DNA of 64,000 bases from Nitrospinales bacterium (GCA_965223795.1 CBDCXL010000002.1:2016001-2080000), one strand, 5' to 3'; positions 29,074 to 39,596 are shown, counted from the first letter of the stretch. The notes: generated by a model not told the origin, from the sequence alone. Numbers and translations: made by a program.

Positions 29074-31650
29074 TCACGCGCCCAGACTGCGCAGGGTGCG
29101 GACGGGTTTGTTTTTCAACACGTCGAGACTGCTCAGGATACCGGTGAGCGTGGTGCCGAAGACGGTCAGCACGATCGCCCAGAGCAGGACGCCGGGGTAG
29201 GGGTGCCAGCCGGCCTTGACCAGGTATTTCATCACCGCCCAGGACAGTGCGGCGGACAGGCCCGCGCCGAGGATGCCCGCGACCGCGCCCAGAGTCGCGT
29301 ATTCGACGCCGAGGATGCGCGCCACCTTGCCCCGGCGCGCGCCGAGGATTTTGAGCACGGCCGATTCCTTCATCCTTCTGTACTTGGTGGAGGCGACGGA
29401 ACCGGACAGGATGAACAGGCCGGCGAGGATGCTGAACGCCGACATGAAATCGACCAGGGTCTTGAGTTTTTCCACCACCGACTCGACGGTGTTGACGATG
29501 TCGCGGGTGGACAGGGCGGTGACGTTGGGCAGGGCGTCGGCCACCGCATGCTGCAGTTTGAGTTCCTTCGCTTCAGGCACGTGCACGGTGGCCACGTAGG
29601 TGAGCGGCGCGCCTGCCAGGGCTGCGGGTGAATAGATCATGTAAAAATTGGTGCGCATGTTGCGCCAGTCCACCTTGCGGATGCTGGTCACCGGCGCGGT
29701 CACGTGGACGCCCTGAATGTCCATCGTGATCGTCGAGCCGATCGTCGCGCCGAGCCGGCGGGCCGCGTCTTCTTCCAGCGAAACCTGCGGTATGGAGGCT
29801 TCTTCCTCGCTCCACCATTTGCCCTTCACGATGACGTTGTCTTTGGGCAGCGCGCCTTCGGAGTAGGTGAGCACGAAGTTTCTTTTGATGAACCATTCCT
29901 CCTGCTGCGGATTTTTGTACTGCCAGGTTTCGGCTTTCTTGCCGTCGGCGCTGTACAGCTTTGAACGGACGAGCGGCACCACCTCGCGTTTCGCTTCCGG
30001 CGCCACTTCATCGAGGATCGCGGTGAACCGGTCTTTCTGGTCGGACTGGATGTCGATGAAAAAATAATTGGGTGGATCGATCTCGGTGTTGGATTTCAGC
30101 ATCGCCAGCATGTCCATCTGCACCAGGCGGACGGTGAGCACCAGCATGATGCCCATGCCGATGCAGGTGATGATGGACACGGCCTGGCTGTTGGGCCGGT
30201 GCAGGTTGGCGAAGCCGTAGCGGCGCGCCATGCTGCGCGCGGGCGGCAGGGTCTTGAGCGTTTTCATCAGCAAGAGCGAAACGAACCGCAAAAGCAGCGC
30301 CGAAACGGCGAGCGCCGCGAGAAACACCGCGCCGCGCTTGATCGAGCCCGCCTGCCAGAAGATCATCGCCGAAAGCCCGGCCAGCATCAGCGTTCCCATC
30401 CAGAACCGTTCCTTGCGGGAGCCCGAGTCAAGTTCCCCTTCTTCGAGATTGCGCCTGAACAGGCGCAGCGGCCGCGTCCGCACCGCTCTTCGAAGCGGCC
30501 ACAGGCAGAACAGCAGCGTGGTGGCCATGCCGAGGGTCAGCGACTGCAGCGCTGGCTGCCAGTAGAACGCGGGCTCGATCTCCATGTTCAGAAGGCCCGC
30601 CAGCTGCGAGGGCAACAGGTACATCACCGCGTAGCCGATGGCAAGGCCCAAAAGACTGCCGACAAGGCCGAGAAACAGGGCCTGGATGAGATACACGCGG
30701 AACACGGTCGCCGACGATGCGCCGACGCAGTTTAAGATCGCAATGGTGTCGAGCTTGCCCGCCATGAAGGTGCGGACGATCATGGCGACGCCGATGCCGC
30801 CCATGAGCAGCGCGATGACACCCACCGCGCCCAGGTACTGGCCCATGCGTTCGATGGAGTCGGTGAGCGAGGACTGCATGTCCTTGTAGGTGCGCAGGCG
30901 CAGCGTTTTGTCGGAGAGACCGCGTTTGAGAATCGCCAGGCCGAGTTCCGGCTCCATGCTGTCGGGAAGCTTGATCAGCGTGCGGTGCTTCACCCGGCTG
31001 CCGGGGCGGATCAGGTCCGCGGCTCTCAAGGTTGCGTGCGAGACGAACACGCGCGGGCCGATGCTGAACGCGCGCGAGATGCGGTCCGGTTCGGCCTCGA
31101 CCGTGGCGGTGATGGTGACTTGCTGATTGCCGAGGTGAAACGCTTCACCCAACTGAAGTCCAGTGCGCGTGAGAAAACCCGGCTCGACGATGGCGCCGTG
31201 GTCTGCCAGCAAGGACTCCAGCGGCGCCGCGGGCCGGGTTTCCAGCGTTCCGTACAGGGGATACAAAGGCGGCGTGGCCGGCACGGATTTGAGTTCCACC
31301 AGCAAAGACGTTTCTTTTCCCGCGGCGCTGTTTTTGTGGTGGCGGGCCATCGCGTGCAGTTCCTTGATGAACACGAACCGGGTCTCCGGCGGCAGCGCCT
31401 GTTTCTGGTAGGCGAGGTCTTTTTCGTTCTGCTCCCAGCTTCCCTTGATGGCGATGTCCGCCGCCAGCAGACTTTTCGACTGCCTGCTGACGGTGTGATC
31501 CAGAAGCGCCGAGAGGCTCTGGATCAGCATCACCGCGCCCACGCCGATGGCGATGCACAAAATAAAAAATGTAAAACGCCGCCAGGCGCCGCGAAATTCG
31601 GCGAGCACCAGGGCGAAGGTCTGCGATGCACTGAGCTGTGAGGTTTTCAT
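29074..31650 (-). CDS. YbbP-like (FtsX/MacB family) ABC permease
   Basis: Duplicated FtsX repeats, PNYFFIDIQ, RKVDW..MRTNF; next to ybbA-like and tesA-like genes. Confidence 0.88.
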   Translation of the reverse strand: MKTSQLSASQTFALVLAEFRGAWRRFTFFILCIAIGVGAVMLIQSLSALLDHTVSRQSKSLLAADIAIKGSWEQNEKDLAYQKQALPPETRFVFIKELHAMARHHKNSAAGKETSLLVELKSVPATPPLYPLYGTLETRPAAPLESLLADHGAIVEPGFLTRTGLQLGEAFHLGNQQVTITATVEAEPDRISRAFSIGPRVFVSHATLRAADLIRPGSRVKHRTLIKLPDSMEPELGLAILKRGLSDKTLRLRTYKDMQSSLTDSIERMGQYLGAVGVIALLMGGIGVAMIVRTFMAGKLDTIAILNCVGASSATVFRVYLIQALFLGLVGSLLGLAIGYAVMYLLPSQLAGLLNMEIEPAFYWQPALQSLTLGMATTLLFCLWPLRRAVRTRPLRLFRRNLEEGELDSGSRKERFWMGTLMLAGLSAMIFWQAGSIKRGAVFLAALAVSALLLRFVSLLLMKTLKTLPPARSMARRYGFANLHRPNSQAVSIITCIGMGIMLVLTVRLVQMDMLAMLKSNTEIDPPNYFFIDIQSDQKDRFTAILDEVAPEAKREVVPLVRSKLYSADGKKAETWQYKNPQQEEWFIKRNFVLTYSEGALPKDNVIVKGKWWSEEEASIPQVSLEEDAARRLGATIGSTITMDIQGVHVTAPVTSIRKVDWRNMRTNFYMIYSPAALAGAPLTYVATVHVPEAKELKLQHAVADALPNVTALSTRDIVNTVESVVEKLKTLVDFMSAFSILAGLFILSGSVASTKYRRMKESAVLKILGARRGKVARILGVEYATLGAVAGILGAGLSAALSWAVMKYLVKAGWHPYPGVLLWAIVLTVFGTTLTGILSSLDVLKNKPVRTLRSLGA

Positions 31651-31665
31651 AGACAGTATCGAATT

Positions 31666-32352
31666 TTAAGAAGCGATCGGTTCCGGTTTGCTGTCGGCGA
31701 CGACCACGCCGTCTTCCAGGGTCAGGATGCGCTGGGACTGGGCGGCGATCTCCGGCTCGTGCGTGACGAGCAGGATGGTGGCGCCTTTCACCCGGTGCAG
31801 TTCCTTAATCAGTTCGAGGATGTGGCCGCTGTTTTTCGAATCCAGGTTTCCCGTCGGTTCGTCGGCGAGCACGATTTCCGGTTCGTTGACGAACGCGCGC
31901 GCCAGGCACAGCCGCTGCTGTTCGCCGCCGGACAACTGCGCCGGATAGTGCCCAAGCCGCTCGGCGAGCCCGACCATGCCCAGCAGGTCTTCGGATTTTT
32001 TGCGCGGCGAGGGCGTGTCGTTGAGTTCCGCCGCCAGGATCACGTTCTCCAGTGCGGTCAACGTGGGGATGAGGTGGAAATTCTGGAAGATGAAACCGAA
32101 GCGCCGCCCGCGCAGGGAGGCCAGTGCATCCTCATCGAGTTTCGTGATATCCTGACCGTCTATCACGATGCTGCCGCTTGTGGGCGCGTCCAGCCCGGCG
32201 ACCAGGCTGAGCAGGGTGGTCTTGCCGCTGCCCGAAGGGCCGGTGACGGCAACGAACTGGCCGCTGGGGATGGTGAGGTCGATGCCGTTTAAAATATCCA
32301 CCCGGTGGCCGCCTCCGTGGAGGCTTTTTTTCAACTGACGGATCTGAATCAC
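31666..32352 (-). CDS. YbbA/LolD-like ABC ATP-binding protein
   Basis: GPSGSGKTT, LSGGEQQR, ADEPTGNLD. Confidence 0.92.
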   Translation of the reverse strand: MIQIRQLKKSLHGGGHRVDILNGIDLTIPSGQFVAVTGPSGSGKTTLLSLVAGLDAPTSGSIVIDGQDITKLDEDALASLRGRRFGFIFQNFHLIPTLTALENVILAAELNDTPSPRKKSEDLLGMVGLAERLGHYPAQLSGGEQQRLCLARAFVNEPEIVLADEPTGNLDSKNSGHILELIKELHRVKGATILLVTHEPEIAAQSQRILTLEDGVVVADSKPEPIAS

Positions 32353-32416
32353 GACGCGTTTCCTTAAAGTGCGATTGAATTTTATTTGAGATCACTCACT
32401 ATTTTAATATAAAACC

Positions 32417-33088
32417 ATGCGGGATCGTTCAATCAGTTTAACACGCACAGCGCGCGCGTCGCTTGCCGCCGCGGCCTTGTGGATTGTGACAGCGCTGTTC
32501 GCGTTCGCTTCGCACGTTTATGCGGATGATGCACCGGTGATACTGGCTTTCGGCGACAGCCTGACAGCGGGGTTCGGGGTTCCGGACCACGAAAACTATC
32601 CCTCGCGCCTGCAGAAAATGCTGCAGGAGAAAGGCTACCCCCACCGCGTGGTCAACGCCGGGGTGAGCGGCGACACCACGGCAGGCGGCGCCCGGCGCAT
32701 CCACTGGGTGCTGAAGCACAATCCCAAGATCGTGATCCTGGCTCTGGGCGCCAACGACGGATTGCGCGGACTTCCGGTCGCCGAAATGCGGGCCAACCTG
32801 CAGTCGATCATCGACGCCTGCAAAGAGAAGAACGCGCGGGTCCTGCTCACGGGGATGAAGGTGCCGCCCAATTACGGCGACACGTATTCGCGGGAGTTCG
32901 AGGCGGTGTTCGCCCGCCTCGCTAAAGAAAACGGGCTTGCGTTCATGCCGTTTTTGCTGGAAGGCATCGCCGCGAAACGGGAATACACGCAGCCGGACGG
33001 CATCCATCCGGAAGGCTCTGGGTACGCGGTGCTGGCGGCGAATGTCTGGGACTTTCTGGAACCCATGCTGAAACAATCTCCCTCCTGA
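32417..33088 (+). CDS. tesA: SGNH arylesterase / acyl-CoA thioesterase I
   Basis: GDSL, NAGVSGDTT, GANDGLRG, DGIHP; divergent from ybbAP-like genes. Confidence 0.88.
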   Translation: MRDRSISLTRTARASLAAAALWIVTALFAFASHVYADDAPVILAFGDSLTAGFGVPDHENYPSRLQKMLQEKGYPHRVVNAGVSGDTTAGGARRIHWVLKHNPKIVILALGANDGLRGLPVAEMRANLQSIIDACKEKNARVLLTGMKVPPNYGDTYSREFEAVFARLAKENGLAFMPFLLEGIAAKREYTQPDGIHPEGSGYAVLAANVWDFLEPMLKQSPS

Positions 33089-33089
33089 T

Positions 33090-34193
33090 TCACCGGCTTG
33101 CCTCGACGAAGCGCAGCCATTGCGCGTGCGCGGTTCCGCTTATAAGTACGGAGGCGGCGGCTTCGAACCCGGCACCAAACGTTTCACAATCCCCGAGAAG
33201 GTGCAGCAGGCTTCCCGCCTGGTGCGCGATGAGAGGCGCGGCGGGACCTTCGTTTGCCTTCAGCGCCGTTTCTCCAAGCTCCGCCAGCAGGTTGAGAGAA
33301 AGCGTCTCTTTTTTCAGGTCCGCGTAGGCGCCGCTGACGGCGTTGGCCATGCGTTTGTCCGGATACATGGCCTGCAAAGTCAGTTTCATTTCGCGGGGGG
33401 GCTCGCCGGTGGCATGAAGGTGCACGTGCGCGTCCTTGTGCACGGCGAACAGCGTGGTGCCTTCCATGCCGTTGCCGATGACGGCGGCGTCGAAGCCCGC
33501 CTCCTGCGCCACGGCCAGCATGGGGATCTCGTAGCCTTTGTGGAAGTAACCGGTGGCGAGAACATTGCGTTCGGCCTTGAGCGGCAGCAGCATCTTCTCC
33601 AGCGTCGCCAGGATGGGACGCTTGACGATCTCTTCCCTGAGCTTCCTCAAATTTTCCAGTTTGGGATGGGTGTGGCGGGTGCTGAACAAACCGAACCGGA
33701 ATCGTTTGAGCATCTCTAACCGCCGATCGAAGCTCAGCTCTTCGGGAACCTGGTAATGGCCGGTGAGGATGCGCTCGAAGGTGATGCCCGATTTGGGCGG
33801 CAGCGGCGCACTGGAATGGCCGTAGGCGGGAAGGTCCAGCTGCGCCAGAACCGGGAGCGCGAACACACCGAAGTAGGCGACGCGGTTGAAGCCGTCGAAC
33901 GGGTCGGCTATCTGCAGCAAGCGGTCGAGGGGCACCGGACGCCGGATTGTGGTCTTATCCAGGGCGTCGAAGAAACCGAGGGTTTCGGCGACGGTTTCCC
34001 GCTTCATCCGCTGGGCGATGAGAAACGCCGCCGCCTGCGCCGGGGAGACGGTTTCGTCCAGGATCAGGTGCAGCGCGTCCCCGGCTTGGCTGCGGGTGAG
34101 GTCCTTGCTCATCCGGGGGCCGGCGGCGACGCGGCCGATGTATTCCTTCATCCGATCCCGGCCCGGAGGCGCGGGGCTGTCTTTGTTTTCCAT
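33090..34193 (-). CDS. Glycosyltransferase family 3 / TrpD-like (YbiB-like) protein
   Basis: KDLTRSQA...AAFLIAQRMKRET N-terminal helical domain; no TrpD GTGGD motif. Confidence 0.7.
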   Translation of the reverse strand: MENKDSPAPPGRDRMKEYIGRVAAGPRMSKDLTRSQAGDALHLILDETVSPAQAAAFLIAQRMKRETVAETLGFFDALDKTTIRRPVPLDRLLQIADPFDGFNRVAYFGVFALPVLAQLDLPAYGHSSAPLPPKSGITFERILTGHYQVPEELSFDRRLEMLKRFRFGLFSTRHTHPKLENLRKLREEIVKRPILATLEKMLLPLKAERNVLATGYFHKGYEIPMLAVAQEAGFDAAVIGNGMEGTTLFAVHKDAHVHLHATGEPPREMKLTLQAMYPDKRMANAVSGAYADLKKETLSLNLLAELGETALKANEGPAAPLIAHQAGSLLHLLGDCETFGAGFEAAASVLISGTAHAQWLRFVEASR

Positions 34194-34341
34194 GAGAGAG
34201 TGAACCGTGGTTTCATGCCATGAAATGGGGTATCATGGCACTCTGCGCCCTGTTGTGAAGGTTTGTGCGTGTTGCCTGTATCTGAGGCCGGCCCCGCGGC
34301 CGCCTCCCGTTGAACTTCTATTTTGAGAAAGAAAACGCCGT

Positions 34342-36063
34342 TTGAATCCGAGCCTGAAAACCGAGCCGTTTGACACCGCCGCTGCGGCACCTTCCCTGCA
34401 TCCGGTGAAGGTGCTCTTGGTCTACCCCTATACCACGGACGTGGCGCTCGCCAACCTCGGATTTCAGCAGGTGCACGCGCTGCTCAACGGCATCGACGGG
34501 GTCGTGTGCGACCGCTACAGCCTGCCCGCCGGATGGAAACCGGAGGTGACGTCGATGCCCCCCAGGGCGCTGCTGTCGCACGAACTCAAAATGCGCCCGC
34601 ACGATTTCGACATGATCGCGTTTTCGGTCTCCTTCGAGCCGGATTACCTGCACGTCGCGGCGATCCTCAAGTATTTTAACATCCCTCTGGAGCGGAACCG
34701 CCGGAATGCGCGTTTTCCGCTCATCCTGGCGGGCGGCTCCGCGGTGTTCATCAACCCGGAACCGCTTGCGGAAATCGTCGATGCGTTTTTCGTGGGCGAG
34801 GGCGAAGGGCTGGCGGAAGCGTTTTTCCAATTGTACACGGGCACGGGCTGGGACGACCCGCGCGAACTGCTGCGGCGCGCGGCGGACATTCCCGGCATGT
34901 ACGTGCCCCGGTTTTACCGGCCTGAAAACGAAGACGGCGCGTTCACCGGCTACATGGTGGCGGCGGGCGTTCCGGCGCGCGTGTGGCGGCACTGGACGGC
35001 GAAGGCCGAGGATCTGTGCACGCATTCGCACATCCACGATGAGGTCTCGACGTTCAAGGACATGGCGTTGATGGAGGTGACACGCGGTTGCATCTGGGCT
35101 TGCCGCTTCTGCACGGCGGGCTTCATCTACCGGCCGCCGCGGGTTCCGGACCTCAAACGCACGTATCAGGCGCTTGAGGACACGCTGAACGGGCAAAGCA
35201 GCGCGATTTCCACGGTGGGGCTGGTGGGGCCCTCGGTCACCGACCACCCGGAGCTGCTGCCGCTGGCGAAGCGGATCATCGAGCAGGGCCGAAAGCTGTC
35301 GTTTTCCTCGCTGCGCATGGAAACACTGACGGACGAGCTGGTGGACCTCATCATCCGGAGCGGCCAGAAAACCCTGACGGTGGCGGTGGACGGGCCGTCC
35401 GAACGCATGCGCAACGTGATCAACAAGGCGGCGACGGACGCGTTCATCGTCGAGAAATGCCGGTTCCTTGCCGAGAAGGGGATCCTGCATCTGAAGATTT
35501 ACTCGATCATCGGCCTGCCCGAGGAAACCGACGAGGACATTGATAGTTTCATTGCGCTGGTGGAGCAGGTGATGCGTGTGTATGTGGAGGCGTCGCGCAG
35601 GCGCGGGCGCATCGGGCACGTGATCATCAGCCTGAGTCCGCTGATCCCGAAACCGGGGACGCCGTTTCAATGGCACCCGATGGAACCGGTGGCCAGCCTG
35701 AAAAAGAAATTCATGCGGGTGCGCAAGGCGCTGGGCCGGCAGCCGCACCTCAAGCTCAGCCTGGGCTCACCCAAAGAAGCGTACCTGCAGACCTACCTGT
35801 CGCGCGGCGACCGCAGCCTGCTGGCTTTTTTCAGACATTACCTGGACAACGGGCACGACGCCCAGGATGCGGTGAAGGCCTTCCGCGAAAGCGCGGACCG
35901 CTTCGTGTACCGGCAGTATGAAAGGGACGACGCATTGCCCTGGGACATCGTCGATCACGGCTACAAGAACGATTTTCTCTGGCAGGACTACCAGCGCGGT
36001 CTCAAAGAAGCGCACACGCCTGTGTGCGACACGGCGGTGTGCAAAATCTGCGGCATTTGTTGA
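34342..36063 (+). CDS. Radical SAM protein (TIGR03960/YgiQ-like, B12-binding-like N-terminus)
   Basis: EVTRGCIWACRFC, NPEPLA...VGEGE, PKPGTPFQW, LPWD, C-terminal CxxxxCxxCxxC; start uncertain. Confidence 0.85.
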   Translation: MNPSLKTEPFDTAAAAPSLHPVKVLLVYPYTTDVALANLGFQQVHALLNGIDGVVCDRYSLPAGWKPEVTSMPPRALLSHELKMRPHDFDMIAFSVSFEPDYLHVAAILKYFNIPLERNRRNARFPLILAGGSAVFINPEPLAEIVDAFFVGEGEGLAEAFFQLYTGTGWDDPRELLRRAADIPGMYVPRFYRPENEDGAFTGYMVAAGVPARVWRHWTAKAEDLCTHSHIHDEVSTFKDMALMEVTRGCIWACRFCTAGFIYRPPRVPDLKRTYQALEDTLNGQSSAISTVGLVGPSVTDHPELLPLAKRIIEQGRKLSFSSLRMETLTDELVDLIIRSGQKTLTVAVDGPSERMRNVINKAATDAFIVEKCRFLAEKGILHLKIYSIIGLPEETDEDIDSFIALVEQVMRVYVEASRRRGRIGHVIISLSPLIPKPGTPFQWHPMEPVASLKKKFMRVRKALGRQPHLKLSLGSPKEAYLQTYLSRGDRSLLAFFRHYLDNGHDAQDAVKAFRESADRFVYRQYERDDALPWDIVDHGYKNDFLWQDYQRGLKEAHTPVCDTAVCKICGIC

Positions 36064-36085
36064 TCTCCTTTTCAAATTCATTTCG

Positions 36086-37009
36086 ATGAATCTGATTCCC
36101 GCCTACAATTCCGAACGCATGCACAAGCTGGCGCCGGGGGACCGGTTTTTCGACATCAACGCCTGGTGGTATCCGGCGAATCAGCGCGTGGTGCACTGGC
36201 TGTATGCCCGGCCGGTGTCGGCGAACCAGGTCACGGCGCTGACGCTGGTGCTGGGTTTTGCTTCCGCTTTATGGTTCCTGATTCCGGGAATCGTGGGGAG
36301 CATCCTGGGCGCGGTGTTTTTGTACGGCAAGATCTTCTTCGACAACGTGGACGGCAATCTGGCGCGCGTGCGGGGCGAGGTCTCGCGCTGCGGCCGTTTC
36401 CTCGACTCGCTCGCCGATTTCTGGGTTTCGTTCGCGGTGTACGCGGCGCTCAGCCACCGGCTGGCGTCGGCGGCGGGCGATGCGTTTTACTGGGCGCTGG
36501 GAGCGATCGCGTTTTTGAGCTGTCTTTTGCAATGCTCCTATTTCATCTTTTATCTGGTGAGCTACACCTCCCGCACCGGGGCTTACCGGCTGAACCGGGT
36601 GCGCGAGGATATAACGGCAGAAGATGAAACTGCGAGGCGGGCCGGGGAGCTGACCGGGAGCGTGTATTTTCTGCAAAAGCTGCACGGAGTGCTGTACGGC
36701 TGGCAGGACAGGCTGATCGAAATGCTGGACCGGTTCAGCCGCAGGCTGGCCGGCAGGTTCCGCTGGCCCATCGAGGAGGCGACGTGGTACGCGGACAAAC
36801 GCTTTTTATCCCTCAGCAGTCCGTTGTGCCTGTGCACCAACAACATGCTGCTGGTGGTGTTCGCGCTTCTGGGCCGTCCCGATCTTGCGTTTTACTTTAT
36901 CGTTGTCGCGGGAAACGGCTACCTTCTGGGGCTGCAGTTCTGGAAGGTGGTGCAGCACCGCGCCAGCTCGCCGCAGCTGGTCAACCGGCCGCTGGGTAAG
37001 TGCGGGTGA
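36086..37009 (+). CDS. CDP-alcohol phosphatidyltransferase family protein
   Basis: ANQVT and DNVDGNLARVRGEVSRCGRFLDSLAD signature. Confidence 0.9.
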   Translation: MNLIPAYNSERMHKLAPGDRFFDINAWWYPANQRVVHWLYARPVSANQVTALTLVLGFASALWFLIPGIVGSILGAVFLYGKIFFDNVDGNLARVRGEVSRCGRFLDSLADFWVSFAVYAALSHRLASAAGDAFYWALGAIAFLSCLLQCSYFIFYLVSYTSRTGAYRLNRVREDITAEDETARRAGELTGSVYFLQKLHGVLYGWQDRLIEMLDRFSRRLAGRFRWPIEEATWYADKRFLSLSSPLCLCTNNMLLVVFALLGRPDLAFYFIVVAGNGYLLGLQFWKVVQHRASSPQLVNRPLGKCG

Positions 37010-37038
37010 GTGCGTGCCGGGAATGAAACCCGCGTCCG

Positions 37039-37719
37039 TCAATTGAGGCGCACGTCGATGCCGAGCGCTTTCAGGTTTTTCGAGCGCGCCACCAGCCCGA
37101 TCTTTTCCCTGAGCAGGGATTGCAGCCGGTCGGTTCTGCGGGGCACGTCGCGCTCTTCGAGAATCGCCTGCTTTTGTTCGGCGAGCAGGTTGAGCATGTA
37201 GGCCAGGTTGTCCACCAGCTCGCTCATGCGGGGGAAACTTTCCGCGCCGGGAATCTTCCTGGGTTTTTTGCCCGCGGGCAGGGCTTCGGCGTAGCGCTGC
37301 ACCTCGCGCATCAACGCTTCCACAGCCGGACTGGAGCCGGCTCCCAGCAAGATGTCGTTTTCGTCCTTGAGCACTTCGATCTCGGCCAGGCGGTAGGGTT
37401 TGCCGGGGATTTCGCGTGCGACGCGAAACCGGCTCTGGCCGCGCAGGACCATGTCGTACTTGCCGTCGGGAAATTCGATGTGGTGTTCGATCATGCCGAC
37501 GCAGCCCACCTCCACGATCGCCGGGGCGGCGTGGTAATTTTCCTCCCAGCCGGGTTTGAGCAGGACCATGCCGATGCGTCCTTCCCCCTTGAGCGCCTCA
37601 GAGACCATCTGCCGGTAACGGGGCTCGAAAATATGCAGGGGCAGGCGGGTTTTCGGGTAGAACACGGTCGAGGGCAGGGGAAACAGCGGTATGATCTGTT
37701 TTTTCGAGTCGGATTGCAT
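37039..37719 (-). CDS. Lon protease N-terminal (substrate-binding) domain-only protein
   Basis: IPLFPL, LPLHIFEPRYRQMV, VGCVG, DGKY...GQSRF; no AAA or protease domain. Confidence 0.9.
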   Translation of the reverse strand: MQSDSKKQIIPLFPLPSTVFYPKTRLPLHIFEPRYRQMVSEALKGEGRIGMVLLKPGWEENYHAAPAIVEVGCVGMIEHHIEFPDGKYDMVLRGQSRFRVAREIPGKPYRLAEIEVLKDENDILLGAGSSPAVEALMREVQRYAEALPAGKKPRKIPGAESFPRMSELVDNLAYMLNLLAEQKQAILEERDVPRRTDRLQSLLREKIGLVARSKNLKALGIDVRLN

Positions 37720-37854
37720 GCGGTCCCGGTATGTGTGCGAACCCCGGCAAAACGGCGTTTTACGCCGGTTGCGGGCGGTTTGGACACAATTCAAAACTTT
37801 GGTCTGGAAATCGCATCTAAACTATCAGCATTCGAACTGGTTTGACAGGGTTTA

Positions 37855-37883
37855 TTGACAATCACGACGCAATTTTTTAGTCT
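37855..37883 (+). promoter_or_regulatory. sigma70 promoter for the ATP-grasp/glutaredoxin/kamA operon
   Basis: TTGACA, 17 bp, TAGTCT, about 10 nt before ATG 37894. Confidence 0.55.
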
Positions 37884-37893
37884 GCCACGGAGT

Positions 37894-39303
37894 ATGGTCA
37901 CTCAGCCCGACGACAAATTCACCGCCATCAAGTCCTTTCTCATTCGATCGGGCCTCTATGCGGACGCTTCCGCCGCTGCGGACGATGCGGCGCACCACTG
38001 GCGCATCTCCCCGGAACCGTATTTCATCACTCCCGGTGAGCTGGATTTTTTCAACGCGCTGGGCACCCACCTCCACCATTTCTATTCGGCGCTCAACCGG
38101 CTTTACTGGGACAGCTTCAAGGGCAAGGCGCCCGCCTGGGTGGCGGAATACCTGGACCTTGGCAAACCGCAGCAGCTGATCGAAATGGGACGGATGAAGC
38201 GGTTCAAGCAGCAGCTTCCGGGAATCCTGCGTCCCGACGTGATCGTCACCGAGGACGGCTTTGCCATCACGGAGCTCGATTCGGTTCCCGGTGGTTTCGG
38301 CGCGACGGCGGGACTGATGTCTTTGTTTGAAGACGACGCCTTCCGGCTGGTGGGTGCGGAGGCGGGCGGCATTGCCGAACTGTTTTACCGCATGATGGAA
38401 ACGGTGGCGGAGACGCCGGGCTGCACGCTGGCGATCGTCGTCTCCGATGAAGCCAGCGATTACCGCGGCGAAATGGAATACCTGGCGGGCGAATTCAGGA
38501 AAACGGGACGCCCGGTGTATGCGGTGCATCCGCGCGATGTGATTTTCAAGGAAGAAGGGTTGTTCGTGCGCGACGGCGAACGGGACGTTGCGCTGGATGC
38601 GGTGTACCGTTTTTACGAGCTGTTCGATTTAAAAAACATTCCCAAGTCGGAACTGCTGCTTTACAGTCACAAAAAAAACAGGGTGCGGACCTCCCCGCCG
38701 TATAAGGCCTATCTGGAGGAAAAGCTGAGTTTTGCGCTGTTCCACCACCCTGCATTGCGGTCATTTTGGGAAAATGCCCTGGGGGGTGAAACTTTTGCAT
38801 TCCTATCTCATCTAATTCCAGAAACCTGGGTTCTCGACAACCGCAACCTGCCGCCGTACGGGGTGATCCCCGGTTTGACGCCGCGCGGGGCCCCGGTGGG
38901 GGGCTGGCACGAACTGTTCGAGCTGACCCAGAAAGAAAGAGAATTCGTGGTCAAGCCATCGGGATTTTCTCCCGAAGCCTGGGGGAGCCGTGGCGTGGTG
39001 GTGGGGCACGATGTTCCCGGCGAGCAATGGAAGGAAACGCTCAAGGCAAGCCTCGAACGGTTTGACACGCAGCCTTCCATTCTGCAGGTGTTCCGCAAGG
39101 GCAAAGTGGTGAGCCAAAGCTACTTCGATCCCGACACCGGAATGCAGAAGCAGATGCAAAGCCGGGTGCGGTTGACGCCCTATTATTTCGTGGTGGAAGG
39201 CGTTCCAAAGCTGGGCGGAATGCTGGCGACGCTGTGCCCCCACGACAAAAAAAAGATACACGGGATGGCAGACGCCATCATGGTTCCATGCGCCGTCAGG
39301 TGA
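37894..39303 (+). CDS. Circularly permuted ATP-grasp (glutathionylspermidine synthetase-like) amide ligase of unknown substrate
   Basis: LRPD...ITELDSVPGG, VYRFYELFD, VVKPSG...WGSRGVVVG, ILQ, VRLTPY. Confidence 0.7.
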   Translation: MVTQPDDKFTAIKSFLIRSGLYADASAAADDAAHHWRISPEPYFITPGELDFFNALGTHLHHFYSALNRLYWDSFKGKAPAWVAEYLDLGKPQQLIEMGRMKRFKQQLPGILRPDVIVTEDGFAITELDSVPGGFGATAGLMSLFEDDAFRLVGAEAGGIAELFYRMMETVAETPGCTLAIVVSDEASDYRGEMEYLAGEFRKTGRPVYAVHPRDVIFKEEGLFVRDGERDVALDAVYRFYELFDLKNIPKSELLLYSHKKNRVRTSPPYKAYLEEKLSFALFHHPALRSFWENALGGETFAFLSHLIPETWVLDNRNLPPYGVIPGLTPRGAPVGGWHELFELTQKEREFVVKPSGFSPEAWGSRGVVVGHDVPGEQWKETLKASLERFDTQPSILQVFRKGKVVSQSYFDPDTGMQKQMQSRVRLTPYYFVVEGVPKLGGMLATLCPHDKKKIHGMADAIMVPCAVR

Positions 39304-39339
39304 GTTGAAACACATCGCACATCGGGAAACGAAATCGCC

Positions 39340-39579
39340 ATGATCAAACTTTATAACATTGATGGATGTGGTTACTGTGCCATGGTCCGCTCGGTGCTCG
39401 AAGAGCTGGGGCTGGATTATGAAAAAATCGATGTTCCCTGGTCCCACCTGCAGCGGGAGGAAGTCTTCCGGGTATCGGGCCAGTATACCGTTCCGGTTAT
39501 GGTGGATGGTGATGTCGTGCTCGACGATGAATTCAAGATCATCGACTACCTCAAAAGCACCTATCCTGTTAATTCCTAA
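39340..39579 (+). CDS. Glutaredoxin / GST-N-like thioredoxin-fold protein
   Basis: CGYC active site and TVP cis-Pro motif. Confidence 0.9.
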   Translation: MIKLYNIDGCGYCAMVRSVLEELGLDYEKIDVPWSHLQREEVFRVSGQYTVPVMVDGDVVLDDEFKIIDYLKSTYPVNS

Positions 39580-39596
39580 TCGCTGAAAGGGGCAAC

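Noticed and set aside
29074..33088. ABC transporter plus esterase as a new system
   Set aside because: Matches the well-known divergent ybbAP-tesA arrangement
33090..34193. trpD anthranilate phosphoribosyltransferase
   Set aside because: No GTGGD PRPP-binding motif and no trp gene context
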